Below, one piece after another: positions 18,197 to 20,814 of a stretch of DNA of 20,814 nt. The notes beneath the pieces are model-generated. The model was given only the letters and a program-made list of their open reading frames with translations, did no database searches and had not been told where the DNA came from. The stretch spans positions 1-20,814 of the forward strand of contig JBDHKN010000079.1 of assembly GCA_039586365.1 (NCBI GenBank). Reading direction: 5' to 3'. Source of the DNA: Gemmatimonadota bacterium (GTDB lineage Bacteria; Gemmatimonadota; Gemmatimonadetes; Gemmatimonadales; GWC2-71-9). Made by a program: the position numbers and the translations under genes. The number at the start of each line of letters is the position of its first letter. The first letter of the stretch is position 1.

Positions 18197-18390
18197 AGGG
18201 GCCGCCGGGGACTCCACTGTGTATCGAGAGCTCCTTTTGGATTCCGCATCAGCGTGATCCAGCGACTCTCGGTTCGACGGGAGGTCCAAGAGGCGACTTG
18301 GACCGGCCTGGTCGCACTGACGCAGGTTCGGTCGCACTTTGATGAGAGTGTTGTTGGATCACGAGCCCTCGCAAGAGTCTTAGGGGAACC

Positions 18391-19515
18391 ATGGTGAAGG
18401 GGCACGCCTACGAATTCCGGAGGTCGGAGTCCGCAGGGGACGCAGAGTGGGACGCGTTCCTCGCTGGCGTAGAGGGCGGTCACCATGTGCAGACCACGCT
18501 GTGGGCACGGGTCAAGGCGGTAATCGGCTGGGACGCGCTGCGTGTGATCGTCGTCGCGGACGGTCGGATCGTCGGAGGGGGACAGTTGTTTCTACGTACC
18601 GTCCCGCTAATCGGCGCAGTGGGGTATGTCCCCAAGGGTCCCGTGGTGTCTGTGGACGATCCGGCACTGCGGTCCCAGTTGATAGATTCGCTCATGGAGG
18701 AAGCGCGTTTGCGACGGGTCAGACATCTGACGATTCAGCCCGCCAACAACGGTCACGCCTTCACGCAAAACCTCGCTGACCGGGGTTTCCGCCCGAGCGC
18801 GGTGCCGGTTGCGCCCCAGACATCGCTAGTCATCGACCTCGGTGCCGACATCGCGACCATTTTTGCCCAGCTGAGCTCGAAAACCCGCTACAACGTCCGT
18901 CTCGGTGAACGCAGTGGCATCAAGATCCGGGAAGGCGGTGAGGCGGACCTCAGCACCTACTACAGGATGCTGGTCACAACCGGGGATCGCCAGGGCTTCA
19001 CAGTGTACCCGGAGGAGTACTTCACGGAGATGTGGCAGTGGCTACGCCCTCACGGGTACGTGAGGCTGTTCCTCGCCGAATACGAGGGTGACGTCATGTC
19101 TGGTCAACTCGTGGTGCCGTTCGGCGACACGGTCATCAATAAGCTGTCAGTATGGTCGGGTCGTCACGGTTCAAAGCGACCAAACCATACCCTCCAATGG
19201 CACGCCATCGAGTGGTCGAAGGCGAACGGATACCGCTATTACGACTTCGAGGGAATCGACCGTCGCGCCGTCGAGTCGGCTCGGGAGAATGAGCCGCTCC
19301 CACAATCACTGAAGCAGACTGTCACGTCATTCAAGTTGGGGTTTGGCGGTGAACCGGTGTTGTTTCCCAGCGCGCAATACCACGTCGGCAATGCTCTCGT
19401 TCGTTGGGGCTATGAGTCGGTCTTTCGCAGAGTCTCCGACTGGCCTCTCGTCAAGAAGGCCGTGGGTCGATTCCGTTCGGGTCGGAGACGGATCAACCGT
19501 GACCGACACCCCTGA
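18391..19515 (+). CDS. FemAB/FemX-like aminoacyltransferase (lipid II:glycine glycyltransferase family GNAT)
   Basis: HHVQTTLWARVK...GW, YVPKGPV, SKTRYNVRLGERSGI, YYDFEGI and FKLGFGG; AGGGG ribosome-binding site. Confidence 0.88.
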   Translation: MVKGHAYEFRRSESAGDAEWDAFLAGVEGGHHVQTTLWARVKAVIGWDALRVIVVADGRIVGGGQLFLRTVPLIGAVGYVPKGPVVSVDDPALRSQLIDSLMEEARLRRVRHLTIQPANNGHAFTQNLADRGFRPSAVPVAPQTSLVIDLGADIATIFAQLSSKTRYNVRLGERSGIKIREGGEADLSTYYRMLVTTGDRQGFTVYPEEYFTEMWQWLRPHGYVRLFLAEYEGDVMSGQLVVPFGDTVINKLSVWSGRHGSKRPNHTLQWHAIEWSKANGYRYYDFEGIDRRAVESARENEPLPQSLKQTVTSFKLGFGGEPVLFPSAQYHVGNALVRWGYESVFRRVSDWPLVKKAVGRFRSGRRRINRDRHP

Positions 19516-19531
19516 TTAGAGAGAGCACCGG

Positions 19532-20569
19532 ATGCACTGCGTCACCATCGATCCCCTGACCGATCCAAGATGGCAAACCTTGGTGGAACAGTCGCCCTCC
19601 GACGTCTTTCACTCTATACGATGGCTGCGGGTGCTCGCCCGCACGTACGGGTTCGAGCCGCGGGCTATCGTGCTCTTGGACGAGCCAAACCGGGTGATGG
19701 CAGGGATGCCGTTCTGCATCATCGATGGGTTACCCACGAGGAGAATCGCCGCCCCACCGTTCTCGGACTACTGCGATCCGATCGTGTCGAGCATCAGTCA
19801 ATGGGATCGGCTGCTCGATGCACTGCTCGACGAAGGCTGCACGATCACGGTGCGGTGTCTCCACAACGGCATCCCTCTCAGCGGCGACCGTATGACCGTC
19901 GTGAATCGTGCCAAGTGGCATGGTCTTGACCTCACGCCCGACCTAGATACCATATGGGCGGGATTGAACAGCTCGGCCAGACGAGCCGTCCGCAAGGCGG
20001 AGAACCACGGGGTCGTGATCCGGGCGGCAACGGACTTGGCAGAGCTTCGTGCGTTCTTCGAGCTCCATCTGCGGATCCGCAAGTACAAGTACCGATTGCT
20101 CGCTCAACCGTACGCGTTCTTCCAGAACCTCTGGGACGAATTCGTGACGGAGGGGCGCGGCGCGCTCATGATCGCTATCCACGAGGAGCGGCTCGTTGGC
20201 GGGGTGTTCTTCCTGGAATGGAAGGACACCCTGTACTACAAGTTCAATGCTTCTGACGTGGCGTTCGTGTCGGTGCGACCCAACGACCTCATCATCTGGA
20301 AGGCGGTCCAAGCCGCTAAAGCGAACGGCATGACCCGGCTCGACTTCGGGTTGAGTGACTGGGGTGAGGAGGGGCTGGTGCGGTACAAACGGAAGTACGC
20401 CTCCGACGAGAAGACGATTACCTATTTGCAGAGTGAGGGCGTGTCGGCACCGTCGGCAGCGCAAACACGCGAGATACTCCCACTTCTGACTGATCTCCTC
20501 ACCGACGAGGCGGTGCCGGACGCAATCACCGAACAGGCCGGAGAGGTGCTCTACCGGCTCTTTGCGTAG
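19532..20569 (+). CDS. FemAB-related GNAT family protein (polysaccharide-locus type)
   Basis: DVFHSIRWL..L..TYG, PFSDYCDP, ARRAVRKAE, RPNDLIIW and LDFGLSD...GLVRYKRKY. Confidence 0.88.
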   Translation: MHCVTIDPLTDPRWQTLVEQSPSDVFHSIRWLRVLARTYGFEPRAIVLLDEPNRVMAGMPFCIIDGLPTRRIAAPPFSDYCDPIVSSISQWDRLLDALLDEGCTITVRCLHNGIPLSGDRMTVVNRAKWHGLDLTPDLDTIWAGLNSSARRAVRKAENHGVVIRAATDLAELRAFFELHLRIRKYKYRLLAQPYAFFQNLWDEFVTEGRGALMIAIHEERLVGGVFFLEWKDTLYYKFNASDVAFVSVRPNDLIIWKAVQAAKANGMTRLDFGLSDWGEEGLVRYKRKYASDEKTITYLQSEGVSAPSAAQTREILPLLTDLLTDEAVPDAITEQAGEVLYRLFA

Positions 20570-20601
20570 ACCGATCTCGTGCTGAGAGGAAGCCAGGATC
20601 C

Positions 20602-20814
20602 GTGAAGCAAGCGAAAGTCGCCCTTTGGCCACCGATGATGAGCACGCGTGAGCGGTTGAAGCTTAGCGAGGCAGCTGCCCGGCTGCGCCACCGAAACGGT
20701 CTCGCAGCCCTCGGCCTGCACGTTCCTCTTGCCGATCGCAGCTGGGTATTGACTACATACGGCAAGGGTGCGTTTGAACTCGCCGTGCGCGACGCCGGTC
20801 TTGCCGGCACGAAG
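20602..20814 (+). CDS. N-terminus of a probable DegT/DnrJ/EryC1/StrS-like PLP-dependent aminotransferase (truncated by window end)
   Basis: Open frame from GTG 20602 to the edge (71 codons): VKQAKVALWPP...WVLTTYGKGAFELAVRDAGLAGTK, resembling the 'sGr.Al.lal.alGl' segment of DegT proteins. Same strand as, and 32 nt after, the previous gene. Confidence 0.5.
   Translation, partial: MKQAKVALWPPMMSTRERLKLSEAAARLRHRNGLAALGLHVPLADRSWVLTTYGKGAFELAVRDAGLAGTK

Noticed and set aside
17830..18486. 218-aa minus-strand ORF and other ORFs in the intergenic region
   Set aside because: Pro/Arg/Ala-rich, no motifs, and overlaps the FemX-like start; typical of spurious GC-rich frames.

Overview
GC-rich bacterial chromosomal segment. 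The gene content (PadR plus ADOP orphan permease, BlaI plus M56-HEAT, DUF5916, secreted S9/M20 peptidases) suggests Gemmatimonadota or Acidobacteriota; this is an inference. From left to right: a truncated minus-strand degenerate GGDEF-domain gene absent from the ORF track; a minus-strand run of BlaI-family repressor, BlaR1-like M56 protease with HEAT repeats, CBM9/DUF5916 outer-membrane protein and M28 peptidase behind a near-consensus sigma70 promoter with palindromic operators; a secreted S9 peptidase; a divergent secreted M20 peptidase; a QW-repeat alpha/alpha-barrel protein preceded by a small coupled ORF or gene remnant; a PadR/ADOP permease pair with an 11-bp inverted-repeat operator; a Tat-signal aldo/keto reductase; a DUF4097 protein; a ~725-bp intergenic region with a symmetry-preserving 26-bp tandem dyad repeat; and the start of a probable surface-polysaccharide locus (two FemAB-like GNATs and a truncated DegT-like aminotransferase). 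I saw no rRNA, tRNA, CRISPR array or transposase. All family calls come from motif recognition by eye, not database searches.
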